Positions 44,157-55,237 of a DNA stretch of 64,000 nt are shown here, piece after piece; the first letter of the stretch is position 1, and each line of letters begins with the position of its first letter. Source of the stretch: Pasteurellaceae bacterium (lineage in GTDB: Bacteria > Pseudomonadota > Gammaproteobacteria > Enterobacterales > Pasteurellaceae); contig JAUNAB010000003.1 in NCBI GenBank assembly GCA_030527795.1, forward strand, positions 53,959-117,958. The letters are read 5' to 3'. A program made the translations under genes and the position numbers. The notes beneath the pieces were generated by a model that did no database searches, had not been told where the DNA came from, and saw nothing but the letters and a program-made list of their open reading frames with translations.

Positions 44157-46016
44157 ATGGCGTTTCCATTACTATCGTATTTACAAACCCCGCTGTTTTG
44201 GGTTGTAGCTTTTTTATATACCGCGGTCATTTTATTTATTCAAAATAAAATTCGGATGGACGTCATTGCGTTATTGGTAATGCTAGCCTTTAGCCTAAGC
44301 GGTATTTTGAATATAGAGGAAATCTTTGCGGGCTTTAGCGATCCGAACATTATTTTAATTGCGTTATTATTTGTCGTTGGCGAAGGGCTAGTTCGCACAG
44401 GTGTCGCCTACCAAGTCAGCGAATGGTTGATGCGAGTGGCAGGCAAAAGCGAAACCAAAGTCTTGATTTTACTAATGCTTGCTGTTGCAACCTTAGGTTC
44501 ATTTATGAGTTCAACGGGCGTGGTGGCAATTTTTATTCCTGTAGTGGTGGCGATTTGCCGTCAAATGAACATCCCAGCTAAACGCTTAATGATGCCACTC
44601 AGTGTCGCAGGCTTAATCAGCGGTATGATGACACTAATTGCTACTGCACCCAATCTCGTGGTGAATGCCGCATTGATACAGGGTGCAAACACTAAATTGA
44701 GCTTCTTTTCTTTTACCCCCATTGGGGCATTAATTTTAGCCGCGGGCATTATTTATATGCTCCTAACTCGCCGTTGGTTGAGTGCCGATAGTGAAGAGCA
44801 ACAAGACAATGGCTATGATTATTCCATTAATGATTTAATTGAAGAATACTGCTTGCAACAACGTGTGAAGCGATTAGTGGTGCGTACGGGTTCGCCATTT
44901 ATTAGGCAACCTGTTGAAGAACTGCATTTACGCTCGCATTATGGCATTAATATTGTGGCAATTGAGCGTTGGAAGCGCTTCCGCCCTATCTTTATGGCAA
45001 TGTCATTAGGCAAACGTGAAATTCGCGAAAAAGATATTTTACTCACGGATATTAGTAATCCTGAATTTGACCTAGCGGAATTTTGTCAAGCAAATTTACT
45101 TGAACCCGCAGAAATTCGTAGTGCGAATTTTGGTGAACAAGCAAAATCAATCGGGCTAGTGGAAGTCACCCCCGTGCCAGACAGCACAAGTATCGGGCAA
45201 AGTGTTACCCAACTGCGTTTTCGTTCCCATTATGGTTTGAACGTGGTCGGGTTGAAACGCAATAACGAAGTGTTAAGCGGTGCGATTTTAGATGAGCCCA
45301 TCAAATTGGGCGATTTATTGCTCGTGATTGGTGATTGGAAACTTATCCGCGAAATGCGTGATCAGAGTAAAAAATTCTTTATGCTCAACTATCCCAGCGA
45401 AATTGAAAAAGCCGTGCCAGCACGAAGCCAAGCAATGCACGCCTTATTTTCGGTGTTGGTAATGGTGGGGTTGATGGTCAGTGGGCTAGTGCCTAATGTC
45501 ATCGCTGCCCTGTTTGCCTGTATTTTAATGGGCAAATTCCGTTGTATTGACGGCAAAAGCGCCTACGCGAGTATTCATTGGCCTAGCCTCATTCTCATTA
45601 TCGGAATGATGCCGTTTTCCATCGCATTGCAAAAAACGGGCGGCGTGGATTTAATCGTCAACCAAATGTTGCAAATTGTTGGCGGATGGGATGTTCATTT
45701 GATTTTAATGAGTTTATTCTTACTGGTGGCATTAGTGGGGCTATTTATTTCCAATACTGCAACAGCAATTTTAACCGCTCCCATCGCCATTACAATGGCA
45801 CACAAATTGCATTTCGCCCCCGAACCCTTTGCAATGGTGGTGGCGATTGCGGCCTCCGCTGCCTTTATTACCCCGATTTCCTCGCCCGTGAACACAATGG
45901 TGCTAGGACCAGGCAATTATAAATTTGCTGATTTCGTCAAAAATGGCGTGCCGTTTACCTTGATCGTAATGTTGATCAGCGTGTTGATTATCCCATTGCT
46001 GTTGCCACTCAATTAA
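44157..46016 (+). CDS. Anion permease with two central TrkA-C (RCK-C) domains, YfbS-like of the SLC13/DASS superfamily
   Basis: Multi-TM N- and C-terminal halves flanking a cytoplasmic insert that carries duplicated RCK-C-like segments. Confidence 0.7.
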   Translation: MAFPLLSYLQTPLFWVVAFLYTAVILFIQNKIRMDVIALLVMLAFSLSGILNIEEIFAGFSDPNIILIALLFVVGEGLVRTGVAYQVSEWLMRVAGKSETKVLILLMLAVATLGSFMSSTGVVAIFIPVVVAICRQMNIPAKRLMMPLSVAGLISGMMTLIATAPNLVVNAALIQGANTKLSFFSFTPIGALILAAGIIYMLLTRRWLSADSEEQQDNGYDYSINDLIEEYCLQQRVKRLVVRTGSPFIRQPVEELHLRSHYGINIVAIERWKRFRPIFMAMSLGKREIREKDILLTDISNPEFDLAEFCQANLLEPAEIRSANFGEQAKSIGLVEVTPVPDSTSIGQSVTQLRFRSHYGLNVVGLKRNNEVLSGAILDEPIKLGDLLLVIGDWKLIREMRDQSKKFFMLNYPSEIEKAVPARSQAMHALFSVLVMVGLMVSGLVPNVIAALFACILMGKFRCIDGKSAYASIHWPSLILIIGMMPFSIALQKTGGVDLIVNQMLQIVGGWDVHLILMSLFLLVALVGLFISNTATAILTAPIAITMAHKLHFAPEPFAMVVAIAASAAFITPISSPVNTMVLGPGNYKFADFVKNGVPFTLIVMLISVLIIPLLLPLN

Positions 46017-46473
46017 GCCAGTATTCTGTAATAGTTGCACAAAGATTTAACTAATTAAAAATTGATACCAATAAGATTTCCTTATTAAAAGGTCAAAATA
46101 GCTGAATAAAAAAACAATTTTCAAGGAGTAAAAATATAAATACTACAGTAAAGTACCTTTCAAAATATATACTCAAAATAGTTTTAGTGAATGATTTCTC
46201 ATTCTGCAATAAAACAATGTACTATGGGTATAACTTCTCAGTCAATCATGGAACTACATCCAAATTGTATTTTTATATTATAAAAAGCATTGTAGAGTGA
46301 TTTCAACGCTTTTCTATCGTATTTTTTTATCTAAAATGAATTCTCATTTTGCTTTCTGCGTTAGATTTAAGATAAGCAATGGCATTAAATAAACTACTTT
46401 TGTTGCAGTAAGTTCTTTGCTACTTTATAGGTATCTTATTTTTTGCTAGAAAAAAGATAATGATAACACTGTT

Positions 46474-47010
46474 TTAATCTTGTAACATCAATGCTTTCAA
46501 ATATTGAAACACTTCACGATAAGCTTTCGGCGTTTTGTTTTGCGCTTTTTCTTTTTGTGCAGCCCGAATAAGATTGCGTAACTGTTGGCGATCCGCTTGT
46601 GGATAGTCATCAAACAAATTGGATAACAGGCTATCGCCTTGTTCAATTAATTCATCACGCAACAGCTCTAATTTGTGTAACATCGCTTGCTGTTGATTAT
46701 GTTTATTTTCCAATTTATCCAAGGCTTCTTGAATGGAATCCGTATCTATATTGCGTAATAATTTACCAATATATTGTAACTGACGGCGTTTGGCTTCTTT
46801 TTGCACCCGCTGTGCGAGAGCAATCGCATCACGCAAGTTTTCATCTAACGGGATTTTCGCTAAATTCGTTGGGGTCAACTCAACTAATTTACTTCCAAGT
46901 TGTTTTAAGGCTTCTGCATCACGCTTAATTTCACTTTTACTTACCCACAAAATCTCTTCCGCTTCGCCCGTATCCCAATCTATTTCAGGCTTTTTCCCGC
47001 GTTTTTTCAT
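46474..47010 (-). CDS. yjgA: Ribosome-associated protein YjgA (DUF615/DarP)
   Basis: [39 protein letters not shown]. It is divergent from pmbA, as in E. coli. Confidence 0.85.
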   Translation of the reverse strand: MKKRGKKPEIDWDTGEAEEILWVSKSEIKRDAEALKQLGSKLVELTPTNLAKIPLDENLRDAIALAQRVQKEAKRRQLQYIGKLLRNIDTDSIQEALDKLENKHNQQQAMLHKLELLRDELIEQGDSLLSNLFDDYPQADRQQLRNLIRAAQKEKAQNKTPKAYREVFQYLKALMLQD

Positions 47011-47095
47011 TTCCTTTCCTTTAATCTAAACACTTTGCGCCATTTTAGCATATAGGATAGAATGCCCCAAATTTATCTGATAACAAGGTAAGACG

Positions 47096-48460
47096 ATGAA
47101 ACAAGCTAAGCAATACGATGATGCAACAATATTGTTAAAACAACAGGAACAGGAATTACGATCCGCGGTCAGTTTAGCCGTAGAAACGGCTCAACAAGCA
47201 GGTGCCAGTGCGGAAGTGTCGGTAACGAAAGTCAGCGGACTTTCCGTTTCTGCCCGTTTGCAGGAAGTGGAAAATGTTGAATTTACCAATGATGGTGCAT
47301 TGGGTATTTCTGTTTACATTGGACAGCAAAAAGGGAATGCGTCCACTTCAGACTTAAGCCCACAGGCGATTAAAAATGCCGTTCAAGCCGCACTTGCTAT
47401 TGCGAAATATACCTCACCTGATGATTGCACGGGCTTAGCCGAACGTGGACTAATGGCATTTGATGCACCTGATTTAGATCTCTATCATTCTGCTGATGTT
47501 GATGTGGATCGAGCTTTAGATTTAGCCTTACAAACGGAAAAATTTGCATTAGAAACAGATCAGCGGATCACGAACAGCGAAGGGGCATCTTTTAATTCAC
47601 ACCAAGGCGTGCGGGTATATGGTAACAGCTATGGAATGTTGCAAAGCTATTTATCTAGCCGATATTCACTGTCTTGCTCAGTGATTGGGAGCAGCGGAGA
47701 ACAGCTCGAACGAGATTACGAATACAGTGTTGCACGGAATCTCAATCAATTAGCCAAGCCAGAATGGATTGGTCGCCACGCCGCAGAAAAAACGCTATCA
47801 CACTTAAATCCACAAAAACTTGCCACCCAACAAGCACCAGTGATCTTTTTAAATGATGTTGCAACAGGTTTATTAGGTCATTTTGCGGCGGCAATTAGTG
47901 GCGGCAGTTTATATCGCAAATCGAGCTTTTTATTAGACAGTTTAGACACCCAAATTTTACCTGACTGGTTTCAAATTAGTGAACACCCACATTTACTCGG
48001 TGGCTTAGCCTCCACTCCTTTTGATAGCGAAGGCGTACGAACAACGACACGCGAAATTGTTCAGCAAGGAAGATTACAAACTTATCTCTTAACGAGCTAT
48101 AGTGCACGTAAGCTCGGTATGCAAAGCACAGGGCACGCAGGCGGAATTCACAACTGGTTAGTCAAACCTAACTTAACAGGCGGACTTGATGCTCTCTTAC
48201 GCCAAATGAGAACAGGTTTACTGGTAACGGATTTAATGGGGCAGGGGATCAATATGGTCACAGGTGATTATTCACGTGGAGCGTCAGGTTTTTGGGTTGA
48301 GAATGGCAAAATTCAATATCCAGTGGCAGAAATCACAATTGCTGGCAATCTAAAATCCCTATATCAGCACATTATCGCCGTTTCAGATGATATTGAACAT
48401 CGCTCAAATATTCAAACAGGTTCTATTTTGTTAGAACAAATGAAAATTTCAGGCAATTAA
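47096..48460 (+). CDS. pmbA: Metalloprotease PmbA (TldE)
   Basis: Collinear with E. coli PmbA. Confidence 0.9.
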   Translation: MKQAKQYDDATILLKQQEQELRSAVSLAVETAQQAGASAEVSVTKVSGLSVSARLQEVENVEFTNDGALGISVYIGQQKGNASTSDLSPQAIKNAVQAALAIAKYTSPDDCTGLAERGLMAFDAPDLDLYHSADVDVDRALDLALQTEKFALETDQRITNSEGASFNSHQGVRVYGNSYGMLQSYLSSRYSLSCSVIGSSGEQLERDYEYSVARNLNQLAKPEWIGRHAAEKTLSHLNPQKLATQQAPVIFLNDVATGLLGHFAAAISGGSLYRKSSFLLDSLDTQILPDWFQISEHPHLLGGLASTPFDSEGVRTTTREIVQQGRLQTYLLTSYSARKLGMQSTGHAGGIHNWLVKPNLTGGLDALLRQMRTGLLVTDLMGQGINMVTGDYSRGASGFWVENGKIQYPVAEITIAGNLKSLYQHIIAVSDDIEHRSNIQTGSILLEQMKISGN

Positions 48461-48484
48461 TTTTATAAATGATAATAATTCCTA

Positions 48485-48512
48485 TTGACATCTCATTTTG
48501 CTCTGTTAGAAT
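48485..48512 (+). promoter_or_regulatory. Near-consensus sigma70 promoter (TTGACA, 16 bp spacer, TAGAAT)
   Basis: Seen directly: ttgacatctcattttgctctgttagaat. Confidence 0.55.
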
Positions 48513-48518
48513 GCATTC

Positions 48519-48609
48519 ATCTGTTAAGGCATAGATAGCTCCGACAGGTAGAGTAAAAGTAAATTCGTTAGGGTATAGAAGACCGGTGTCATACGCATCG
48601 GTCTTTTTT
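48519..48609 (+). ncRNA. Candidate small RNA or leader of about 90 nt, ending in an intrinsic terminator (gaccggtgtcatacgcatcggtcttttttt)
   Basis: The promoter sits 60-70 nt upstream of an 8 bp GC-rich stem followed by a U-run. There is no ORF. It is located between pmbA and hpt. Confidence 0.4.
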
Positions 48610-48661
48610 TATTGAAATGAATTGGTTATACTGTTGAGCCAACTTCCTTTGGATAAATTGT

Positions 48662-49201
48662 ATGAAAAAACATCATATTGAACCCCTTATTAACGAAACA
48701 CAAGTTCGCACACGCATTGCTGAACTTGGCCGTGAAATTAGTGCCTATTATCAACCCCATCATATTGATAAATTAATTGTCGTGGGATTATTACGTGGCT
48801 CATTTATGTTTATGGCAGATTTAGTCCGTGCGATCAATTTGCCGATTGAAATTGAATTTATGACCACATCAAGCTATGGCAACGATATGATGAGCAATCA
48901 TGATGTTCGTATCAGCAAAGACTTAGACGGCGACATTAAAGGCGAACACGTTTTAATTGTTGAAGACATTATTGACACAGGCTACACACTGCAAAAAGTG
49001 CGTGAAATTCTCAATTTACGCGAACCGCAATCGTTGCGGATCTGCACCCTATTAGACAAACCTTCTCGCCGTGAAGTGGACGTGCCTGTTGAATGGGTTG
49101 GCTTTGCCATTCCCGATGAATTTGTTGTTGGTTACGGCATTGATTATGCACAACGCTACCGTGAATTAGGTTACATTGGCAAAGTCGTGTTAGACGACTA
49201 A
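48662..49201 (+). CDS. hpt: Hypoxanthine phosphoribosyltransferase
   Basis: PRPP-binding motif [14 protein letters not shown]. Confidence 0.95.
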   Translation: MKKHHIEPLINETQVRTRIAELGREISAYYQPHHIDKLIVVGLLRGSFMFMADLVRAINLPIEIEFMTTSSYGNDMMSNHDVRISKDLDGDIKGEHVLIVEDIIDTGYTLQKVREILNLREPQSLRICTLLDKPSRREVDVPVEWVGFAIPDEFVVGYGIDYAQRYRELGYIGKVVLDD

Positions 49202-49218
49202 AACGCCCATTTTTTCAT

Positions 49219-49267
49219 AAAACCGCGGTCAAAAATTCAATCGTTTTTTTGACCGCGGTTTTTTTAT
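49219..49267. terminator. Bidirectional USS-like pair (aaaaccgcggtcaaaaattcaatcgtttttttgaccgcggttttttt)
   Basis: Lies between convergent hpt and ypfJ. Confidence 0.65.
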
Positions 49268-49275
49268 CTTATTGC

Positions 49276-50112
49276 TTAATTACTCGCAAAGGTATTACAT
49301 TGTTTCGGATCGCCTGATTGCAAGCCACGTTTAAACCAAGCTAAACGTTGGGCGGAAGTGCCGTGCGTGAAGCTATCTGGAACAACATAACCTTGCCCAC
49401 GTTTTTGTAGCCGATCATCACCCACCGACTCCGCCGCATTGAAGGCTTCTTCCAAATCGCCCGTTTCCAATAACCCATTTTTATTGGCTTGATAGCCCCA
49501 AACACCAGCAAAGCAATCAGCCTGTAATTCCAATTTAACCGATAACGCATTAGCTTGACTGCGATTTTTTTGCTGTAACGCAGAAACCTGTGGCAAAATG
49601 CCGAGTAAGTTTTGTACGTGATGCCCCACTTCGTGTGCGATCACATAAGCGAATGCCGTATCGCCAGCCGCCCCTAATTTATTTTTCATATCCGCATAAA
49701 ATGAAAGATCTAAATACACTTTATGATCATTTGGACAATAAAATGGTCCCATTGCCGATTGCCCTGTTCCACAAGCAGTAGGCGTTGCACCATCATATAG
49801 CACCATTGTCGGTGCACTATAACGTTGACCATTTTTGGCAAAATAGCTTTGCCAAGTATTTTCGGTTTCTGCCAACACAACTCGTGATAAACTATTAAGC
49901 TGTTGTTCTTCTTGCGTGCTTAAACTGGATTGTTGTCCACCTGTCGTTCCGCCTGATCCCACTAATGCCGAGAGATCTACACCGTAGTAAGCCCCTACCA
50001 ACAACACAATAAACCCAAGAATCCCCGTTGTTTTTTTACCGCCACCCGAATAATTTCCACTTGAACGGCGATCTTCTACATTTGTACTTTCACGTCTGCC
50101 TTGCCAACGCAT
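49276..50112 (-). CDS. ypfJ: Putative zinc metallopeptidase YpfJ
   Basis: HEVGHHVQ zinc motif, N-terminal TM and collinearity with E. coli YpfJ. Confidence 0.85.
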   Translation of the reverse strand: MRWQGRRESTNVEDRRSSGNYSGGGKKTTGILGFIVLLVGAYYGVDLSALVGSGGTTGGQQSSLSTQEEQQLNSLSRVVLAETENTWQSYFAKNGQRYSAPTMVLYDGATPTACGTGQSAMGPFYCPNDHKVYLDLSFYADMKNKLGAAGDTAFAYVIAHEVGHHVQNLLGILPQVSALQQKNRSQANALSVKLELQADCFAGVWGYQANKNGLLETGDLEEAFNAAESVGDDRLQKRGQGYVVPDSFTHGTSAQRLAWFKRGLQSGDPKQCNTFASN

Positions 50113-50243
50113 AATTTTCCTTACTGCTTAACTAATAACGATCGTCTATTTTACCCGAAAACCAAAATATTCATAGACATTTGATGCTAATTTGGCTAGT
50201 CTTAGCGCACCTAGTTTAATCACAGGAATGTAAGGAGAAAAAA

Positions 50244-50690
50244 ATGGGCTTATTTGATTTTGTTGGCGATATCGGCAAAAAAATCTTCTCTAAAAAAGAG
50301 GAAGCATCTGAAGCAGTAACAAACCACATTGCAGAAGATAATCCAGGCGTTGAAAATGTACAAGTTACCGTTGATGATGACGGTGTGGCAAAACTTGAAG
50401 GGGCAGCCGCATCCGCCAGTGCATTAGAAAAAGCCATTTTAATGGCCGGCAATATCGCAGGTATTCGTTCAGTCAATGTTGATTCGGTGACTGTCGCAAA
50501 CGGTGAAACCGTCGCAAGTGATGATGAATTTTATGTGATTCAAAAAGGCGATACCCTTTGGAAAATCGCAGAGAAAACCTACGGCAATGGAGCAAAATAT
50601 ACTGCGATCGTTGATGCAAATAAAGAAGTCATCAAAGATGCAGATAAAATTTTCCCTGGGCAAAAAATTCGTTTACCAAAATCGCTCTAA
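50244..50690 (+). CDS. BON-LysM potassium-binding protein (Kbp/YgaU-like)
   Basis: MGLFDFVGDIGKKIF..., BON region, then LysM (YVIQKGDTLWKIAEKTYGNGAKYTAI). Confidence 0.85.
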   Translation: MGLFDFVGDIGKKIFSKKEEASEAVTNHIAEDNPGVENVQVTVDDDGVAKLEGAAASASALEKAILMAGNIAGIRSVNVDSVTVANGETVASDDEFYVIQKGDTLWKIAEKTYGNGAKYTAIVDANKEVIKDADKIFPGQKIRLPKSL

Positions 50691-50700
50691 TAATTTAACG

Positions 50701-50747
50701 AAAACCGCGGTCAAAAAAGCTTTTGAAATTTTGACCGCGTTTTTTTT
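50701..50747 (+). terminator. USS-like pair terminator (aaaaccgcggtcaaaaaagcttttgaaattttgaccgcgttttttt)
   Basis: Inverted repeat with a T-run. Confidence 0.6.
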
Positions 50748-50904
50748 ATTAGCAATTTAAACGATTAAGAAACAGACAAGTGTCGGTTTTCTATGCACAT
50801 TTACTCGACTGATGCCGTTTATCCGTGTATAATTCGACAGTTTATAATCATTCTCGTGTTCGGTGTAAGCGTTCGCCGAGTGCAAATTCAATTTGAGGTA
50901 ACAA

Positions 50905-52200
50905 ATGACAACTATTGAAACAACTCAAGGTCTTGAACGTCGTGTAAATATCACCGTTCCAGCTGATACCGTAGAAAAAGCGGTTCGTGAAGAATTAAAA
51001 CGTGTTGCAAAAAATGCACGCATTGATGGTTTCCGCAAAGGCCACGTGCCAGCACATATCGTTGAACAACGTTTTGGCGCACAAGTTCGTCAAGATGTGT
51101 TAAACGATTTATTACCTCGCCACTTTTTTGATTTAATGTTTAAAGAAAAAGTGAATTTAGCAGGTCGCCCAACTTTCAGCGTAGAAAACTATGAAGAAGG
51201 CAAAGATTTAGCTTTTAGTGCGACATTTGAAGTGTATCCAGAAGTTGAATTAAAAGGTTTAGATCAAATTAAAGTAGAAAAACCTATTGTTGAAATTACA
51301 GAAGCTGACATTGATAAAATGATCGAAGTGTTACGTAAACAACAAGCAACTTGGAAAGAAACGACGGCAGCGGCAAAAGCAGACGATCGTGTCGTTATTG
51401 ATTTCGTAGGTTCTGTTGATGGCGAAGAATTTGAAGGCGGTAAAGCGTCAGATTTCGTTTTAGCAATGGGACAAGGTCGTATGATCCCAGGTTTTGAAGA
51501 AGGGATCGTAGGTCATAAAGCGGGTGAGCAATTTGATATTGATGTGACTTTCCCTGCGGAATACCATTCTGAAAACTTAAAAGGAAAAGCAGCAAAATTT
51601 GCTATTACCTTGAAAAAAGTTGAAGAAATGGAATTACCTGAATTAACCGATCAATTCGTGGCGAAATTTGGTCCAACAACTAAAACCGTCGCCGACTTGC
51701 GTGCTGAAATCAGCAAAAATATGAACCGCGAGTTGAAAAATGCGTTAACTGCACGTATTAAACAACAAGTGATTGACGGTTTAATTGAACAAAATAATAT
51801 TGATGTGCCAAATGCCGCGGTAGAAGAAGAAATTGAAACGTTACGTGCTCAAGCAGTACAACGTTTCGGTGGAAACGCACAACAAGCTGCACAATTACCA
51901 AGCGAATTATTTGCTGATCAAGCAAAACGCCGTGTACAAGTCGGTTTATTGTTTAGCGAAGTGATCAAATCAAACGAATTAAGTGTAGATGAAGATCGCG
52001 TAAAAGCAATGATTGAAGAAATCGCATCGGCTTATGAACAACCAACAGAAGTTGTTGAATATTACAGCAAAAATAAAGAATTAAGCAATAATATTCGCAA
52101 CGTAGTATTAGAAGAGCAAGCGGTTGACGCTATCCTTGCGAAAGCACAGGTTAGTGAAAAATCTGCAACTTTTGATGAAATTATGAATCCACAAGCGTAA
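50905..52200 (+). CDS. tig: Trigger factor
   Basis: 431 aa, collinear with Tig. A terminator, aaaaccctgtttattgaacggggttttttt, lies at 52225-52254. Confidence 0.95.
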   Translation: MTTIETTQGLERRVNITVPADTVEKAVREELKRVAKNARIDGFRKGHVPAHIVEQRFGAQVRQDVLNDLLPRHFFDLMFKEKVNLAGRPTFSVENYEEGKDLAFSATFEVYPEVELKGLDQIKVEKPIVEITEADIDKMIEVLRKQQATWKETTAAAKADDRVVIDFVGSVDGEEFEGGKASDFVLAMGQGRMIPGFEEGIVGHKAGEQFDIDVTFPAEYHSENLKGKAAKFAITLKKVEEMELPELTDQFVAKFGPTTKTVADLRAEISKNMNRELKNALTARIKQQVIDGLIEQNNIDVPNAAVEEEIETLRAQAVQRFGGNAQQAAQLPSELFADQAKRRVQVGLLFSEVIKSNELSVDEDRVKAMIEEIASAYEQPTEVVEYYSKNKELSNNIRNVVLEEQAVDAILAKAQVSEKSATFDEIMNPQA

Positions 52201-52352
52201 TTTCACCGATTCATTCAAACACACAAAACCCTGTTTATTGAACGGGGTTTTTTTATAAATAGCTGAAAGCTAAAAGATAGGGCGATTTTCTCGTTGGGGA
52301 AAGTAGGCTTTTCAGGTAAAATAATTCCATTATTGATAACAAGAGGTACATT

Positions 52353-52934
52353 ATGTCCGTTATTCCTATGGTTGTTGAGCAAACCTCGCGTGGCGAGCGT
52401 TCATACGACATTTATTCGCGATTATTAAAAGAACGCGTTATTTTCTTAAGTGGTGAAGTAGAAGATCGTATGGCGAATTTAATTGTCGCTCAATTACTCT
52501 TTTTAGAATCAGAAGATCCAGATAAAGATATTAATATTTACATTAACTCGCCAGGTGGTTCTGTCACCGCGGGTATGGCAATCTACGATACGATGCAATT
52601 TATCAAACCTGACGTACGCACATTATGTATCGGACAAGCTTGTTCAATGGGCGCATTTTTATTAGCTGGCGGTGCTGCGGGCAAACGAGCGGCATTACCC
52701 AATGCGCGCGTAATGATTCATCAACCCTTAGGTGGTTTCCGCGGGCAAGCATCGGATATTCAAATTCACGCACAAGAAATTTTGAAAATTAAACATACCT
52801 TAAATGAACGCTTAGCCTTCCATACAGGGCAATCCATTGAACGTATTGAAAAAGATACCGATCGCGATAACTTTATGTCAGCACAAGAAGCCAAAGATTA
52901 TGGCTTAGTTGACAATGTATTAGTCAAACGCTAG
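52353..52934 (+). CDS. clpP: ATP-dependent Clp protease proteolytic subunit
   Basis: The GQACSMGA region contains the catalytic Ser. Confidence 0.95.
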   Translation: MSVIPMVVEQTSRGERSYDIYSRLLKERVIFLSGEVEDRMANLIVAQLLFLESEDPDKDINIYINSPGGSVTAGMAIYDTMQFIKPDVRTLCIGQACSMGAFLLAGGAAGKRAALPNARVMIHQPLGGFRGQASDIQIHAQEILKIKHTLNERLAFHTGQSIERIEKDTDRDNFMSAQEAKDYGLVDNVLVKR

Positions 52935-52944
52935 GAATTGATAA

Positions 52945-54174
52945 ATGACAGATGAACAAGATAAAAAATGTACCCTATGTGGTCAATCGCAAGATGATGT
53001 TGGGCATTTAATCGCGGGGGTAAATGGTTATGTTTGTGATAGATGTATTGAAGAATGTCATCACTTATTACATAGTGAACCAGAGCAAATAGAAGGTGAA
53101 AACAAACCTGTTGAAAAATTGCCAACCCCACACGAAATCCGTGCGCATTTAGATGACTATGTTATCGGGCAAGATTACGCCAAAAAAGTATTAGCTGTTG
53201 CGGTATATAATCACTACAAACGCTTACGTAGTGAAACACAAACCAATGATGTGGAATTAGGCAAAAGTAATATTTTGCTTATTGGACCAACAGGTAGCGG
53301 AAAAACTCTATTAGCACAAACTATGGCACGTATGTTAAATGTACCTTTTGCAATGGCTGATGCGACCACCTTAACGGAAGCAGGCTATGTTGGCGAAGAT
53401 GTAGAGAACGTGATCCAAAAATTATTGCAAAACTGCGATTACGACACGGAAAAAGCGGAGCAAGGTATCATCTATATTGATGAGATTGATAAAATTACGC
53501 GTAAATCAGATAACCCATCGCTGACACGTGATGTGTCAGGGGAAGGTGTACAACAAGCTTTGTTAAAATTAATTGAAGGCACCGTTGCTTCAGTTCCGCC
53601 ACAAGGTGGGCGTAAGCATCCACAACAAGAAATGCTACGGGTTGATACATCAAAAATTCTGTTTATTTGTGGTGGTGCCTTTGCAGGCTTAGATAAAATC
53701 GTGCAAAAACGGATTCACGTTGGTAGCGGTATTGGCTTTGACGCGGAAGTGAAGGGCGAACAAGATGAACTCAGTTTAAGCCAGTTATTTAAACAAATTG
53801 AAACTGAAGATTTGATTAAATACGGTCTCATTCCTGAATTCATTGGCCGTTTACCCGTTGTCGCCCCATTAAGCGAACTCGATGAAGCGGCGCTCATTCA
53901 GATTTTAACTGAACCGAAAAATGCCTTAACAAAACAATATCAGGCACTTTTCGCCCTAGAAGACGTTGAGCTAGAATTTACACCAGAATCTCTCACAGCA
54001 ATGGCGAAAAAAGCACAAGCTCGTAAAACGGGTGCGCGTGGTTTACGTTCTATTGTGGAAAATGCGTTATTAGAAACAATGTACGATCTCCCGTCATTGC
54101 CTGATTTACGCAAAGTAATTGTGACAGAACAAGTGATTACGGAGCAAAAAGCCCCGACCTTAGAATATAAATAA
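52945..54174 (+). CDS. clpX: ATP-dependent Clp protease ATP-binding subunit ClpX
   Basis: Zn-finger CTLCGQ...CDRC and Walker A GPTGSGKT. Confidence 0.95.
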   Translation: MTDEQDKKCTLCGQSQDDVGHLIAGVNGYVCDRCIEECHHLLHSEPEQIEGENKPVEKLPTPHEIRAHLDDYVIGQDYAKKVLAVAVYNHYKRLRSETQTNDVELGKSNILLIGPTGSGKTLLAQTMARMLNVPFAMADATTLTEAGYVGEDVENVIQKLLQNCDYDTEKAEQGIIYIDEIDKITRKSDNPSLTRDVSGEGVQQALLKLIEGTVASVPPQGGRKHPQQEMLRVDTSKILFICGGAFAGLDKIVQKRIHVGSGIGFDAEVKGEQDELSLSQLFKQIETEDLIKYGLIPEFIGRLPVVAPLSELDEAALIQILTEPKNALTKQYQALFALEDVELEFTPESLTAMAKKAQARKTGARGLRSIVENALLETMYDLPSLPDLRKVIVTEQVITEQKAPTLEYK

Positions 54175-54198
54175 TCATCACAGCTTTCATTCTTAACA

Positions 54199-54232
54199 AA
54201 AAACCGCGGTCAAAAAAGACCGCGGTTTTTCT
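54199..54232 (+). terminator. USS-like pair terminator after clpX (aaaaaaccgcggtcaaaaaagaccgcggtttttc)
   Basis: Inverted repeat. Confidence 0.6.
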
Positions 54233-54564
54233 TCTATTTATAGAAGATCAAATTTAATAATTCACTATAAAAAGTGAATGTTTCTCATTTAAGGTATGAA
54301 TGCTATTATTCAATCTAAATAAAGAAGGCCCTATTATACTTTGTTCTAATAACCCTTTAATTAACCACAAGGCAAATTTACTTAATGTATTCAAAGAATT
54401 CTGAGTGATATTTCTCAAGAAAAATTATAAAACTGATCTAAAATACCTTCTATCGTTATTAACAAACGAATGAGTAAAGTACATCGGACGTTTATTAAAT
54501 TAATAATATCAGAGTAATAATATTGAACTTGTTCTTTTTATAGCTAAACATTGCCTAAGTATAA

Positions 54565-54603
54565 GAAAAACGCACCATTCAATCTAAAATGGTGCGTTTT
54601 TTA
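54565..54603 (-). terminator. Terminator downstream of the protein E gene (aaaaacgcaccattcaatctaaaatggtgcgtttttt)
   Basis: A 9 bp stem followed by a T-run. Confidence 0.65.
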
Positions 54604-54614
54604 ATAGATTTTAA

Positions 54615-55079
54615 TTAGTGATTCACAAAATTCGCACAAATCACTTGCGCCACAGTACCTAAACTGGAATTAGGTTGCAACGTGACATTGCGTTGGCTCT
54701 GCCACTTCGGTGTATATACCGCACCCGTTCCCCAAAATTCAGAATAATAATCTAAGCCTGTATGAGTGAGCTTCCAATCACTGCAATTCAGCACTTTATG
54801 TTCACGAATTGAATGACTAACCAATTTATTGTCCTGATAAATTCGTTTTCCGTTATTTAAATTAATAACTGTATCAAAATTAACTAAATTCTTATGCTCA
54901 TTTTCCGCCCAAATGGATGTTGTATCCACATAGTATTGCGTTACTGGTGACAAACGAATAAACCCTGCCTGCACCTTTTTCGGTGGATCGAGTGGCACAT
55001 TTGGCAAATTATTCATTGATGATGAACAAGCTGATAACAGTGCAACTGCGCCAACTGTATAGAGGATTTTTGCTTTCAT
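54615..55079 (-). CDS. pe: Surface adhesin lipoprotein, Protein E (PE) homolog
   Basis: Likely start MKAKILYTVGAVALLSAC (lipobox) with an AAGGAG RBS. Motifs GFIRL, QYYVDTTSIWAEN, NFDTVINL, KVLNC, FWG and AQVICANF match H. influenzae PE. Confidence 0.75.
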   Translation of the reverse strand: MKAKILYTVGAVALLSACSSSMNNLPNVPLDPPKKVQAGFIRLSPVTQYYVDTTSIWAENEHKNLVNFDTVINLNNGKRIYQDNKLVSHSIREHKVLNCSDWKLTHTGLDYYSEFWGTGAVYTPKWQSQRNVTLQPNSSLGTVAQVICANFVNH

Positions 55080-55176
55080 TTTCAGCTCCTTAAGCCAAAT
55101 AGCAATTTGACTGATTAAAACACTAAGCAACGCTATTATCGCATATTTTATCAATCTACTCTATGTTTTATAAAAT

Positions 55177-55220
55177 AAAACCGCGGATCAAAATTCAATC
55201 ATTTTTTGACCGCGGTTTAA
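55177..55220. terminator. USS-like pair (aaaaccgcggatcaaaattcaatcattttttgaccgcggttt)
   Basis: Inverted repeat lying between the pe start region and the ffh end. Confidence 0.55.
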
Positions 55221-55237
55221 AACAGAAAATGGAAGGA

